From: a virus
Lineage: Duplodnaviria; Caudoviricetes
Reading direction: 5' to 3' (one strand)
Virus record (IMG/VR): IMGVR_UViG_3300036770_003243
Span: 1-58,052 of that record
DNA: 58,052 nt
Shown in pieces: positions 17,315 through 25,907 of this stretch. The notes under the pieces were generated by a model that saw only the letters and a program-made list of their open reading frames with translations, made no database searches and was not told the DNA's origin. The position numbers and the translations under genes were made by a program. Positions within the stretch are counted from its first letter, which is position 1, and each line of letters begins with the position of its first letter.

Positions 17315-17545
17315 CTACTTGCTGGCCTTGTCCAGCAGTTGATTGACCGTCTGCTGCTTGCGGACGGTCGCATAGTTGTCAGCGGCCCATCCGCCTCCAG
17401 TGAAGTGCGTGGCTGGCAGCGCCGCCCCGCTGAAGTAGACGTCCTGCTGCCCCCCGCACTCGCACAGGGGCATGGGGTCCGACATCTTCTTGCTGATCTC
17501 GCAAACCGTGAAGCATTTGCGGCACTTGACGTCGTATCGCGGCAC
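17315..17545 (-). CDS. FmdB-family zinc ribbon protein
   Basis: MP.Y...CxxC..C.CG..F.G.GW...NY. Confidence 0.8.
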   Translation of the reverse strand: MPRYDVKCRKCFTVCEISKKMSDPMPLCECGGQQDVYFSGAALPATHFTGGGWAADNYATVRKQQTVNQLLDKASK

Positions 17546-17554
17546 TCTTCCCTC

Positions 17555-18529
17555 CTACACCAGCCCCGCTGCCGGGCTGTCCTTGAATAGCTCCTGCTCG
17601 CGGACGTAGCGGTACAGGACTTCGAGCGTCTTGTGGCCCGTCTGCGCTTGGATGCTCTTGATCTGCTTGCCAGCCCTGACGGCACTGGTGACCAGTCCTG
17701 CCCGCAGCGAGTGGCCCGCGAACCGCCCCTCAACGCCCGCCCTTGTCGCACACTTGGCGACGATGTTCGCCAGCTGGCGGTCGGTTATGGCCCACGGGCG
17801 GACGCCCATGCCATCGGGAGTCACGGTGCGGAATACCGGCCCCTCTGTGATTCCCGATGCGGCAATCCATGCGCGGAAGTTGCGGACGGGGCAGGTCTCC
17901 AGACGGGATCCGTAGGGGATGCCAATGGCCCGCCCGCGACCCTCTTGGTCCGTCTTGCTGCGGCGGATTGTCACGCGGAGGCCGTCTGGCACCTCGACTA
18001 CGTCGGCAACCTCAAGCGCAACAATCTCGCTGCGGCGCATGCCCCCGACCCAGCCAAGGGTGAGCAGGCTGCGGTTGCGCAGAGTGCGCAGGCGGTGCTT
18101 GTCCATCGGCTCGGGCAGGAAGTCGACCATCGCCCGCAGGTGGTGCGGCAAGACAGCCTCGACCTGCTCAGGAGCGATGCCGATCTTGCGGCGGATGCCC
18201 TGATAGACCAGCTTCACCGCCCGATCCTCGCGGGGGCTCGGCAAGTTGGCAGTCTCGTATGCCTTGCAGATCGCGCACAAGGCGATGTTCACCGTGCTCG
18301 ACTTGGCCCCGTTGTCGGCCAGCCACGCGAGGTAGATGGCAATCTGGCCTCTTGGGCCATAGGGGTCGAAGTCCCGATCGGCGCAGAACGCCGCCCACTT
18401 GCGCCATGCGCTGGCGTAGGTGACCTTCGTGTTCTTGGCCAGCGCCTCCTCGGCGTAGTTGGCTGCGGATTCAATCTCGGCCAGCGGGGCAAGGATGCCG
18501 TCACTGGTTGCGACAAGCTCAGTCGTCAT
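17555..18529 (-). CDS. Tyrosine recombinase (Cre-like)
   Basis: RRSEI, RSKTDQ, HSLRAG, TGHK..RY catalytic set; N-terminal core-binding domain. Confidence 0.92.
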   Translation of the reverse strand: MTTELVATSDGILAPLAEIESAANYAEEALAKNTKVTYASAWRKWAAFCADRDFDPYGPRGQIAIYLAWLADNGAKSSTVNIALCAICKAYETANLPSPREDRAVKLVYQGIRRKIGIAPEQVEAVLPHHLRAMVDFLPEPMDKHRLRTLRNRSLLTLGWVGGMRRSEIVALEVADVVEVPDGLRVTIRRSKTDQEGRGRAIGIPYGSRLETCPVRNFRAWIAASGITEGPVFRTVTPDGMGVRPWAITDRQLANIVAKCATRAGVEGRFAGHSLRAGLVTSAVRAGKQIKSIQAQTGHKTLEVLYRYVREQELFKDSPAAGLV

Positions 18530-18685
18530 TTGGCAGGCTCTCGGGTAAGGGGTTGTGGTCCTTGCCCTTGTCCTTGTTCACTTCCTCATCCATGTCACGG
18601 AGGGCATCAAGCCACTCATCAGGGCATCCCTCAGGCGGGCTGCAACGCCAGCACACTTGGAGGGGGAAACCGCACGGGCAGCGTC

Positions 18686-18928
18686 TCATGCCTCGACCTC
18701 GCTGCCGTCAGGGCGGCGGACCAGCACGTTCAGGAATCCATCGGGGTCGATAAATACGCGGATCTCGACGCCATTGGCATCAAAGCCCCCCAGCAGTCCG
18801 TACATGCACTCGCCAAGGGCAATCCCGACCGCGTCAGGCTGCTCGCCAGAGTTGAGAAGCTTGATCACCGTCACCATCAAGGCGTCGGTCAAGGCGTGGG
18901 GGTACTGGACGTCCTCTCTCTCGATCAT
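18686..18928 (-). CDS. Hypothetical protein
   Basis: SD GGAGGAGG. Confidence 0.55.
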   Translation of the reverse strand: MIEREDVQYPHALTDALMVTVIKLLNSGEQPDAVGIALGECMYGLLGGFDANGVEIRVFIDPDGFLNVLVRRPDGSEVEA

Positions 18929-19140
18929 CTTGACCTCCTCCTGATTGCGCCGCAGATGCGGCACTTGCCTGTCACCAGCCACTCATGGTGGCTCCTGCTG
19001 CCGATGCAAGGCACCCGCCTCTTGGCCCGCCACTGCTGCTTGTAGTGGGTGGCGCAGAGGTTGAGCGCCGCTACTTGGAGCCCCCCGCATACCTTGCAGT
19101 GGCCAAGCGGCTCCTCTTGCGGCTTGGGTCCGCGCTTCAT
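18925..19140 (-). CDS. Zinc-finger protein (paralog of 27123-27320)
   Basis: CKVC..LCATHY..RRVPC..H..CRICGA. Confidence 0.6.
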   Translation of the reverse strand: MKRGPKPQEEPLGHCKVCGGLQVAALNLCATHYKQQWRAKRRVPCIGSRSHHEWLVTGKCRICGAIRRRSR

Positions 19141-19439
19141 GCGAGCCCCACAAGGAGTGCCCTGTGGAATCTCCGGCATTCCTCATCCCCGCAACGGTAG
19201 CTCGTCGTCGTGATGTAACGGGACGCCTTCTGGCACTCAAGCGTCAGCACGTCCTTGGCAGCTTCGAGCTGCTCGCTCACGATGACGGCCTCGTCGCTCT
19301 CTTTGCCGTAGAGGAGGACCATCCTTCCCAGCTGGATCTCCAGAATCTGGATGCGCTGGACGAAATCGGGAACCGTCTCCAAGCAGACTTCTACGAGGAG
19401 GTGGTCGAATGCCTTGGCGGTCTCTTGCGTGATGTTCAT
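19137..19439 (-). CDS. Hypothetical protein
   Basis: Coupled to neighbours. Confidence 0.55.
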   Translation of the reverse strand: MNITQETAKAFDHLLVEVCLETVPDFVQRIQILEIQLGRMVLLYGKESDEAVIVSEQLEAAKDVLTLECQKASRYITTTSYRCGDEECRRFHRALLVGLA

Positions 19440-19442
19440 TGC

Positions 19443-20162
19443 CTACCCCAGCAGCGACAGCTGCTCTTTGGCGTCAGAAGGGCGGAACAGTGATGGCTGC
19501 CGCATGACCTTCTCGAGCCGCTCCTTGGCCTTGCCAAAAGTGTCGGGGTCACACTCCCCGCCGATGGCCTTGCGTCCCAGATCATAGGCTGCAACCAGCG
19601 TTGTGCCGTAGCCAGCGCACGGATCGCAGACGAGGTCTCCCTCGCGGCTGTAGTCGGTGACCAGCCGCCGCATCAGCTCCAGCGGCTTTCCGCCGATGTG
19701 GCCCTCGCGGTCGGTGCCGACCTTGTAGAAGCCCGGCAGAGCGCCCCAGCGCTGGTACTCTTGCGACTTGGGGCGGGCGACGATGACGTAGACGGCGCAG
19801 CTTGCGGGGCCATCGCCCGACAGGCGCACGCGGTCTTGGATCACAAGCACGGGGACGAAGGTGTGCCTGCCCGCCTTGCGGTAGGCGTCGATCCACGTCG
19901 CGCTCAGGTCGTAGTCGGTCATCGCCACCATCCAGCCCTTGCAACGGGGCGAGAAGTGCTCAACGAAGTCGTGGACGTCCTGCGGCGACCACGCGGCGTA
20001 GTTGAGCGCCCGCCTGTCGGACCCATCAGGCATCTGCCGCGCCATCGCTGCGGACTGCGTCTCGTGCAGCTTGGCGCTGTACGGTGGGTCGCAGATGACC
20101 GCGTCGACCATCGGCATCTCCGCAAAGACCTCCTGCCAGCGCCCCTGCCTAAGCTCGAACAT
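19443..20162 (-). CDS. DNA N6-adenine/N4-cytosine methyltransferase (beta order)
   Basis: DPPY; H...KP; DPCAGYGTT. Confidence 0.9.
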   Translation of the reverse strand: MFELRQGRWQEVFAEMPMVDAVICDPPYSAKLHETQSAAMARQMPDGSDRRALNYAAWSPQDVHDFVEHFSPRCKGWMVAMTDYDLSATWIDAYRKAGRHTFVPVLVIQDRVRLSGDGPASCAVYVIVARPKSQEYQRWGALPGFYKVGTDREGHIGGKPLELMRRLVTDYSREGDLVCDPCAGYGTTLVAAYDLGRKAIGGECDPDTFGKAKERLEKVMRQPSLFRPSDAKEQLSLLG

Positions 20163-20368
20163 CTTGCCCTCCGAAGTGCCCCCTGTAGGGGGTCTGAGCA
20201 GTTCCGATAATAGAGGCTATCGGAACTCCCCTGATGCGTCAAGGGGGTTTAGTTTGCAAGTTGAGATTGCGAACAAGCCAAGCCCCCACGTGCCCGCACA
20301 AGGCGCGTTCTCGCTTGCAGGCGGGGGTAGGGTGCCCCTAAGATTCCCCCCATAGGGGGGAGAACGGC

Positions 20369-20767
20369 ATGTCAACGATCCCTGAGCGGTACTTGGCGGG
20401 CTTTGAGGGGGCGGCGCGGCAGCGGCGGATTCGCGAGATACAACGCGAACGGCGGCTGGCAACCTACCAGCCCCTGCCCAGCGACAAGGGGGTCAAGACC
20501 CGGCGGAGCAAGTGGTCGGCCCGCTTCGAGCGCAAGTACGGCGAGCGCCCAAGGGGCATCTCGGACGTTGCAAGGCTGACAGGGGTTGACCGCCGCATCT
20601 TGAAGCAGGTCTACGATCGGGGACTGGCGGCTTGGTCGAGTGGAGGGCACCGCCCGGGGGCCTCGCAGCATGCGTGGGCCATGGCGCGAGTGCAATCGTT
20701 CGTCCTCAGGGGGCCTACGTCCCACGGCCCTGATAGGATTCTGGCCTTGCAGGCGGGGCTGGTGTGA
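20369..20767 (+). CDS. Basic protein resembling DUF5824
   Basis: IL.QVY.RG.AAW...HRPGASQ.AW..ARV.SFV motif, recalled from algal large DNA viruses. Confidence 0.6.
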   Translation: MSTIPERYLAGFEGAARQRRIREIQRERRLATYQPLPSDKGVKTRRSKWSARFERKYGERPRGISDVARLTGVDRRILKQVYDRGLAAWSSGGHRPGASQHAWAMARVQSFVLRGPTSHGPDRILALQAGLV

Positions 20768-20799
20768 CGCTACCCTGCGGATCAAGCTAGGAGGGGTCG

Positions 20800-21309
20800 A
20801 TGTTTGGCTTGAATGGCGTAGAGGAAGATCTGGAATCTCAAGGAAAGGCGGCTCTCAACGATGCCGCGAAGATCCAAGAGGAGCAGCTCAAGGAGTTGGA
20901 GAAGAGCAAGGACGTGCTCAAGACGGCGTTCGATGCGTTGACGATCGAGAACAAGGTCCAGATCGTGGCGGACTTCTTGGCCGAGCAGCGCAAAGACCCC
21001 CGAATCGCCAAACCGGACGACCCCAAGTGGGCAGCCACGACGTACGAAAAGCTGCTGGAGGACGCCAAGAAGAACCCCATGTGGTTCGGAGTCCTTGAAC
21101 TCGGTGCCTACCGGGACGAGCCTGCGGGGGCTGTTGGTCCCCGATTCGCTGCGTACGTGCAGAAGCGTTTGGATGGCAAGATCGGAAAGATGGTGCAGCC
21201 AACAGTCCGGCAACCCATCGAGAAGGAGCCCAAGTCTTCGGGGCCGTCTCCCCTCCTGATCATCGGCGGCGCGCTCCTGTTGCTGCTGCTCTTGCGCAAG
21301 AAGGACTGA
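20800..21309 (+). CDS. Tail-anchored membrane protein
   Basis: MFGLNG leader; C-terminal LLIIGGALLLLLLLRKKD. Confidence 0.75.
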   Translation: MFGLNGVEEDLESQGKAALNDAAKIQEEQLKELEKSKDVLKTAFDALTIENKVQIVADFLAEQRKDPRIAKPDDPKWAATTYEKLLEDAKKNPMWFGVLELGAYRDEPAGAVGPRFAAYVQKRLDGKIGKMVQPTVRQPIEKEPKSSGPSPLLIIGGALLLLLLLRKKD

Positions 21310-21310
21310 C

Positions 21311-21958
21311 ATGTCCACCGCCGCCGAGTACAACGCAGCGCAAGCAGCTGCTGGACGTCTCACCGATGCCATGCTCGCTGCCGCCAAGGCCAAGGGGGGC
21401 ATCGCAGCCGTCCAGAGCTGGGCGGGCCTCGTAGCAGACGGCAAAGCAGGCCCCAAGACGCAGGCGGTCTTGCAGGCACTGGTGGACGGACGCACGCCAA
21501 TCCCTACGGGGCGTGGCGGCGTCGAGCGGGTCTACGGCAAGTTCGACTACACAGAGGCCGAAGGCGGGCGCATCAAGATCGAAGCCAAGTGGGCAAGCGA
21601 GAACATCATCCAGTGCAGGCTCCACACTGGCAGGAGCGTCCAGCTCCACCGCGCAGTCGCTGCCGAGTTCGCCCGCTTGTTCGAGGCAGCATGCAAGGCG
21701 TCGGGGTACACGCCATCCAGCGTGCAGACCTTTGTCCCCCGGCACACCCTCTGGGACAAAGCCAAGCCATTGAGCCTGCATAGCTGGGGAATCGCCATCG
21801 ACTTTGACCCCGGTTCGAATCCGATGGGCGGCAAGAACAGCAAGCTCCGCACCCCTGAGGGGCAGGCTTTCGTCAAGGTGTTCACCGATGCGGGATGGAC
21901 ATGGGGCGGGAGCTGGGGGATGCGCGACGACATGCACTTCCAGAGGGCGCACACATAG
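21311..21958 (+). CDS. Endolysin: PG-binding domain plus M15 peptidase
   Basis: DGKAGPKT; SLHSWGIAID; D.MHFQ. Confidence 0.9.
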   Translation: MSTAAEYNAAQAAAGRLTDAMLAAAKAKGGIAAVQSWAGLVADGKAGPKTQAVLQALVDGRTPIPTGRGGVERVYGKFDYTEAEGGRIKIEAKWASENIIQCRLHTGRSVQLHRAVAAEFARLFEAACKASGYTPSSVQTFVPRHTLWDKAKPLSLHSWGIAIDFDPGSNPMGGKNSKLRTPEGQAFVKVFTDAGWTWGGSWGMRDDMHFQRAHT

Positions 21959-22328
21959 GAGAGCAATGTGGGAAAGTCATCTGTAAACATCGTGGTCTGG
22001 TACAGCGAGCGGTCGCGAAGCAAGCGTTCGGTCAAGGTGTACATGTCGAAGAACGACAGGTACTACTTCCCTGAGACTTTTGGTGACAATCTCAAACCTG
22101 AGACTGCACTGAACAAGGCCGTGGAACTTGCAGATAAATACGCAAAGTCTCGTGTGGTAAGTCGCGTCACTGTTGAATACCTGAACAAGAAGGTACTGTC
22201 CTTGCGTTGCAAGCCGCGCAGCACCCCCCGCTATGAAGTCACCTTGAACAAACTCGATCAAGTCGAGTTGTGAAATGAAACACCTGCCTGTGCATCGCTG
22301 ATGACGACATGCACTTCCAGAGGGCGCA
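21926..22328. repeat. 26-bp direct repeat (21926-21951 and 22303-22328) flanking an AT-richer insert
   Basis: GACGACATGCACTTCCAGAGGGCGCA occurs twice. Confidence 0.95.
21968..22273 (+). CDS. Basic hypothetical protein, moron-like insert
   Basis: SD AGGAG; many A/T-ending codons unlike neighbours. Confidence 0.65.
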   Translation: MGKSSVNIVVWYSERSRSKRSVKVYMSKNDRYYFPETFGDNLKPETALNKAVELADKYAKSRVVSRVTVEYLNKKVLSLRCKPRSTPRYEVTLNKLDQVEL

Positions 22329-22531
22329 TGAGGCGCAAGTTCACTCCACGGGCCATGGCCCTCTTCGTGATGGCCATGTCGACGGGATGCTCGGCCACGC
22401 GGTGCAAGACGCTGGCAATCGATATCCTGCCCACAGACAAGCCCAAGCCTGCGGGCAAGGTCGAGATCCGTTGCGACGGCAAGCCCATCGTGCAAGCCGT
22501 GGCTGACGAAGTGAAAGCGGGGGACAAGTGA
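22328..22531 (+). CDS. Small lipoprotein (possible spanin-like)
   Basis: MRRK, hydrophobic stretch, STGC lipobox-like; lysis context. Confidence 0.5.
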   Translation: MRRKFTPRAMALFVMAMSTGCSATRCKTLAIDILPTDKPKPAGKVEIRCDGKPIVQAVADEVKAGDK

Positions 22532-22758
22532 TCGAGCAGGCCCGCGCAAATTGGATCACTTGGGAGCAGCGAATCAACCTGCTGGCCGCCATCGATGCGG
22601 TCATCTCGGCCCGCGTTGCAACCTACTACGGGCACTCGATCAGCCCTGCCATCACCGCCGAACTGGCCAAGCTGGCGCTCGATCAGGTGGAGGCGTACCT
22701 CGCCAAGCCAGTCCAAGTGCAGGCCGACACTGTGACCATCACCGACCACAGGGGGTAG
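22528..22758 (+). CDS. Hypothetical protein
   Basis: GTGA coupling. Confidence 0.55.
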   Translation: MIEQARANWITWEQRINLLAAIDAVISARVATYYGHSISPAITAELAKLALDQVEAYLAKPVQVQADTVTITDHRG

Positions 22759-22759
22759 C

Positions 22760-22957
22760 ATGAATCTGCCAGCCAAGGCGCCCAAGCCAGCCCACCTCTC
22801 AGTCACAATCTGGGGGCTGGTGTCCGTTGCCGTGGGCATTGCCCTCAGGATTGCCGTCGCCAACGGGGTCAAGCTCGCTGGGGCGGAGGATGAGATCCCC
22901 GCACTGCTTGAGGGCATCGGCGTGCTGATCGCAGGGTACGGACGCATCCGCAAGTAG
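22760..22957 (+). CDS. Two-TM holin-like protein
   Basis: 65 aa; SVTIWG..YGRIRK; near the endolysin. Confidence 0.55.
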   Translation: MNLPAKAPKPAHLSVTIWGLVSVAVGIALRIAVANGVKLAGAEDEIPALLEGIGVLIAGYGRIRK

Positions 22958-22964
22958 GAGCCTC

Positions 22965-23618
22965 ATGCCAAGCGCGGTCATCATTGGCGACAGCCACGTG
23001 GACGACTGGTCGCCGTTCGGAACCCGTCTCGCCAAGAACCTCAAGGCCGCCGGGTACGATGTGACCAAGCTCGGAGTCGGTGCAACCAGCACGGGCTCAT
23101 GGGCATACGGCAAGGCATGCCGTCCGAACAAGTCCAAGTGCGTAGACGTCGAGACGGATGTCCCCAAGGGCGCGGACGTCCTGCTGATCAGCCTCGGGAC
23201 CAACGACGCAGCCAACGCCCAAGCAGCCAAGTCGGACAGAGCCGCAGCCGCTGCCAAGACGACGGCGCGGATAAAGGCCATGGCCGAGAAGTACGAGGCC
23301 AAGCGCACCATCTGGATCCTGCCCCCGTGGCAGCGGGGCAACGTCAAGCACTACACGCAGGAGGCGATGGACTTCCTCTACGAGGTGGCGCAAGACGCGG
23401 GGGTGGAGCTGTTCGACAGCCGCGCCGCCACAGAGGCGCTGGTCAAGGGTGGCAGTGGCGACGGCGTCCACCTGCTCGGCAAGGGCGCTTCCGCTTGGGC
23501 CGACGCAGTTGCGGCTCAGGTCAAGGGAGAGGCCAAGGTGGCGGATGCGGGGTTCCCCATCTGGCCGATCCTGATAGCCGTTGTCGCCGGTGTAGTGCTG
23601 GCACGCCGCAAGGGCTAG
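22965..23618 (+). CDS. SGNH/GDSL hydrolase, tail-anchored
   Basis: IIGDSH, SLGTND, DGVH; C-terminal TM followed by RRKG. Confidence 0.88.
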   Translation: MPSAVIIGDSHVDDWSPFGTRLAKNLKAAGYDVTKLGVGATSTGSWAYGKACRPNKSKCVDVETDVPKGADVLLISLGTNDAANAQAAKSDRAAAAAKTTARIKAMAEKYEAKRTIWILPPWQRGNVKHYTQEAMDFLYEVAQDAGVELFDSRAATEALVKGGSGDGVHLLGKGASAWADAVAAQVKGEAKVADAGFPIWPILIAVVAGVVLARRKG

Positions 23619-23899
23619 GACTGCCCGCTCCAACGCCTGCCGAGATAGTTGCCGATGGCAAACGCTGCAAAGTCGGCGGCTTTGTTGGACAGAGGCTCGA
23701 TCTCCCGCTTGCGCAACAGGCCCGACCGCTGCGAGAACAGCAGGCTGTAGATGATGTCGGTGGTGAGTGCGATGCCAAGGGCGCGGAGCATGGTCACCTC
23801 GGCCAGTCCCGTGGCAAGGCCTGAGCTGAAGTGGATCACGGTCCAAGGATCGAGGACGGCGTAGTCATCGGGGTGCTTGGCGTAGAGCTTGACGTTCAT
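23615..23899 (-). CDS. Small membrane protein
   Basis: DPWT..HF..G and E...N...D pattern; hydrophobic. Confidence 0.55.
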   Translation of the reverse strand: MNVKLYAKHPDDYAVLDPWTVIHFSSGLATGLAEVTMLRALGIALTTDIIYSLLFSQRSGLLRKREIEPLSNKAADFAAFAIGNYLGRRWSGQS

Positions 23900-24321
23900 G
23901 GTACCCCGTAAGTGCGGCAGCGGTGCGCCCACGCCAGCACAGTGAGTTCGACCACAGCGGCCCCCGCCAGTGCGTTGCGCCAGATGTGCTCCCGCTCTCC
24001 AGCCAAGTGCAGCGACCCCGCGATGACCGCTGATCTGGCCAAGTAGGTGGCGGCAATGGCCAGCGGGTTGGCGCTCACGGCTGCACGGGCGGACGGGACG
24101 TCACCCGTCAAGAGCACCGAGCCGATGACACCGGCCTCGACGCCGACCGATCCGACGATGGACTTCTTGAGCAGCGACTCGCGCTCTCCCGCCAGATACA
24201 TGCCAAGGGCAAGCAGGCCAGCACGGCTGGCGGTCCACGCCGCACTCCCCACGACGCCCTCGGCCTTGCCTTGCAGGAGCGCGGCGGCATGCCGGCCAGT
24301 CGGGAAGTCGCAGGGTCTCAT
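23896..24321 (-). CDS. Membrane protein with an internal tandem duplication
   Basis: R..L...G.YLAGERE and R..V...SLHLAGERE halves. Confidence 0.6.
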   Translation of the reverse strand: MRPCDFPTGRHAAALLQGKAEGVVGSAAWTASRAGLLALGMYLAGERESLLKKSIVGSVGVEAGVIGSVLLTGDVPSARAAVSANPLAIAATYLARSAVIAGSLHLAGEREHIWRNALAGAAVVELTVLAWAHRCRTYGVP

Positions 24322-24563
24322 ACGCCACCGAACGGGGGTGGGGGCGGAGGCTCGCGATGGAGACCCCAAGATGCCAACAAGGCATCCACCTCATCGGGCA
24401 AGCAGTATCCGTACTGGATCGCGTCCTCAGGCACCCACTCGCCCCACGATGCACCAATGTAGCCAGCGGGCTGGTCTGTTGCGTCCAGCACAGGTACGTC
24501 TGCCACATCGCATGGGGGGGCGTAAGCGTCGGTGGTCGAGCGGTGGAACACGGTCAAGTTCAT
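24318..24563 (-). CDS. Hypothetical protein
   Basis: ATGA coupling; Pro-rich end. Confidence 0.55.
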   Translation of the reverse strand: MNLTVFHRSTTDAYAPPCDVADVPVLDATDQPAGYIGASWGEWVPEDAIQYGYCLPDEVDALLASWGLHREPPPPPPFGGV

Positions 24564-25336
24564 GCAATCCCCGCACGTTGCGAGAGAAGGATCGACAAAT
24601 CGAACGCCTGCCTTGCTGCGGACGCCCCGCGCAGGACAAGGACAGACGACAGCCACCCATTGACGGCGAACGCCGCGCCGTTATTGCGGGAGCCAATGTA
24701 GTTCTGCAAGCTGCCAAACGTGCCGGTGTTGTTCGCTGTCGACCACGGGGTGAGGGTAACGCTCACCCCGTTCTGGTACGAGGCCAGCTCGGAGACTGCG
24801 GGGGCGGCTTTGTCGAAGATGGATGCGTTGCACAGCCAACGGTTCTGAGCGGAAGCCTGCGATGCGCCTGAGTACCCCGCATTTCCCTGCAACGCCAAGC
24901 CTGCCTCGGTGGATCGCCCGTACACCACGAATCCCTGCTGGGTGTAGTTGAAGTCGGTGGACCGCTCGAACAGATTCTTGTTTGTGGAATCAGTCAACCA
25001 CCTGACGGTGTAAACCGACACCGCTTGGTCGTTCCACGTCGTCGACGGAGTCACTAGGCAATCGTTGACCCCGTCAAACTGCATCGACGGGATGTTATCC
25101 TTGGATGCGTGCAGCGGCTGCTTGCTGGACAGGGCCTGTGTGGCGTTGGCTGATCCGATCAAGTCCGACCAAGCCCCCACTGCGGTTCCGTAGGGGACTG
25201 GGTTGGATGCGGCATCCAGCCACAGGAGGATCAAGGGGGAGAAGTACCAGCGGATCTGCCCCCCAGCAAACGTGGACCGCTGCTGGCGGGGGGCGAATCG
25301 GTTGGCCGTCCGTGCTTGTCTGGCCTGCAAGATCAT
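24560..25336 (-). CDS. LamG/concanavalin-like beta-sandwich protein (possible spike/receptor-binding)
   Basis: LWLDA..WSD...ATQ...QP..FDGVND..YQNG..IG motif chain. Confidence 0.7.
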   Translation of the reverse strand: MILQARQARTANRFAPRQQRSTFAGGQIRWYFSPLILLWLDAASNPVPYGTAVGAWSDLIGSANATQALSSKQPLHASKDNIPSMQFDGVNDCLVTPSTTWNDQAVSVYTVRWLTDSTNKNLFERSTDFNYTQQGFVVYGRSTEAGLALQGNAGYSGASQASAQNRWLCNASIFDKAAPAVSELASYQNGVSVTLTPWSTANNTGTFGSLQNYIGSRNNGAAFAVNGWLSSVLVLRGASAARQAFDLSILLSQRAGIA

Positions 25337-25343
25337 GACGGCC

Positions 25344-25709
25344 TCAGTAGGTGACGCCTTGGATCAGGATGCCCGCGCTCACGCCCGCACCAACGGGGCT
25401 CAGGACGCGGCAGAAGATGCGGCTGACACCGCGCATCTCAAGCTGGAAGAACCCACCGCCGTTGACGGTGAGCACGGTCGTCTGCGGGACGTCTGTGTAG
25501 AGGAACCACGTGTTGGGCACGGAATTGTAGACGTAGAACAACACGTCGAAACTGGTACCGCCAGACAGCCCCACCCACGCATTGATGAATCGCAGCTGCT
25601 GGGTATCGAAGCCGATCGTGCCGGGGTTGGCCGCGCCGATGGGCGATCCATTGTCCGCTACGAGCGGGCCTACGCTTCCGAGCGTCGTAACCTTGGGGCC
25701 AAATGACAT
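25344..25709 (-). CDS. Small beta-rich protein (possible virion vertex component)
   Basis: Alternating hydrophobic strands; SD GAGG; directly upstream of the LamG gene. Confidence 0.55.
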   Translation of the reverse strand: MSFGPKVTTLGSVGPLVADNGSPIGAANPGTIGFDTQQLRFINAWVGLSGGTSFDVLFYVYNSVPNTWFLYTDVPQTTVLTVNGGGFFQLEMRGVSRIFCRVLSPVGAGVSAGILIQGVTY

Positions 25710-25712
25710 CTG

Positions 25713-25907
25713 CTACCTCAGGGCGATTGCGTACAAGGCGCATCCACGATGGTAGGCCACCCACGTGGCCTCGTTCCAGTAGTATCGATCCCCAGCCTCA
25801 ATCTGGCAACGGCATTCACGGCAGATCATGGCAAAATGCGAGGATCGCTTCTCCCACTTGGTGCCGTCTTGCTCCAGAACCTCAAGAGTGCCGTCCGTCT
25901 TTACCAT
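25713..25907 (-). CDS. Small zinc-binding protein
   Basis: CREC...I..GD...HRGC. Confidence 0.55.
   Translation of the reverse strand: MVKTDGTLEVLEQDGTKWEKRSSHFAMICRECRCQIEAGDRYYWNEATWVAYHRGCALYAIALR

Noticed and set aside
18530-18685. tRNA or attP next to the recombinase
   Set aside because: No cloverleaf, T-loop motif or clear inverted core visible by eye; tRNAscan would be needed to exclude tRNAs genome-wide
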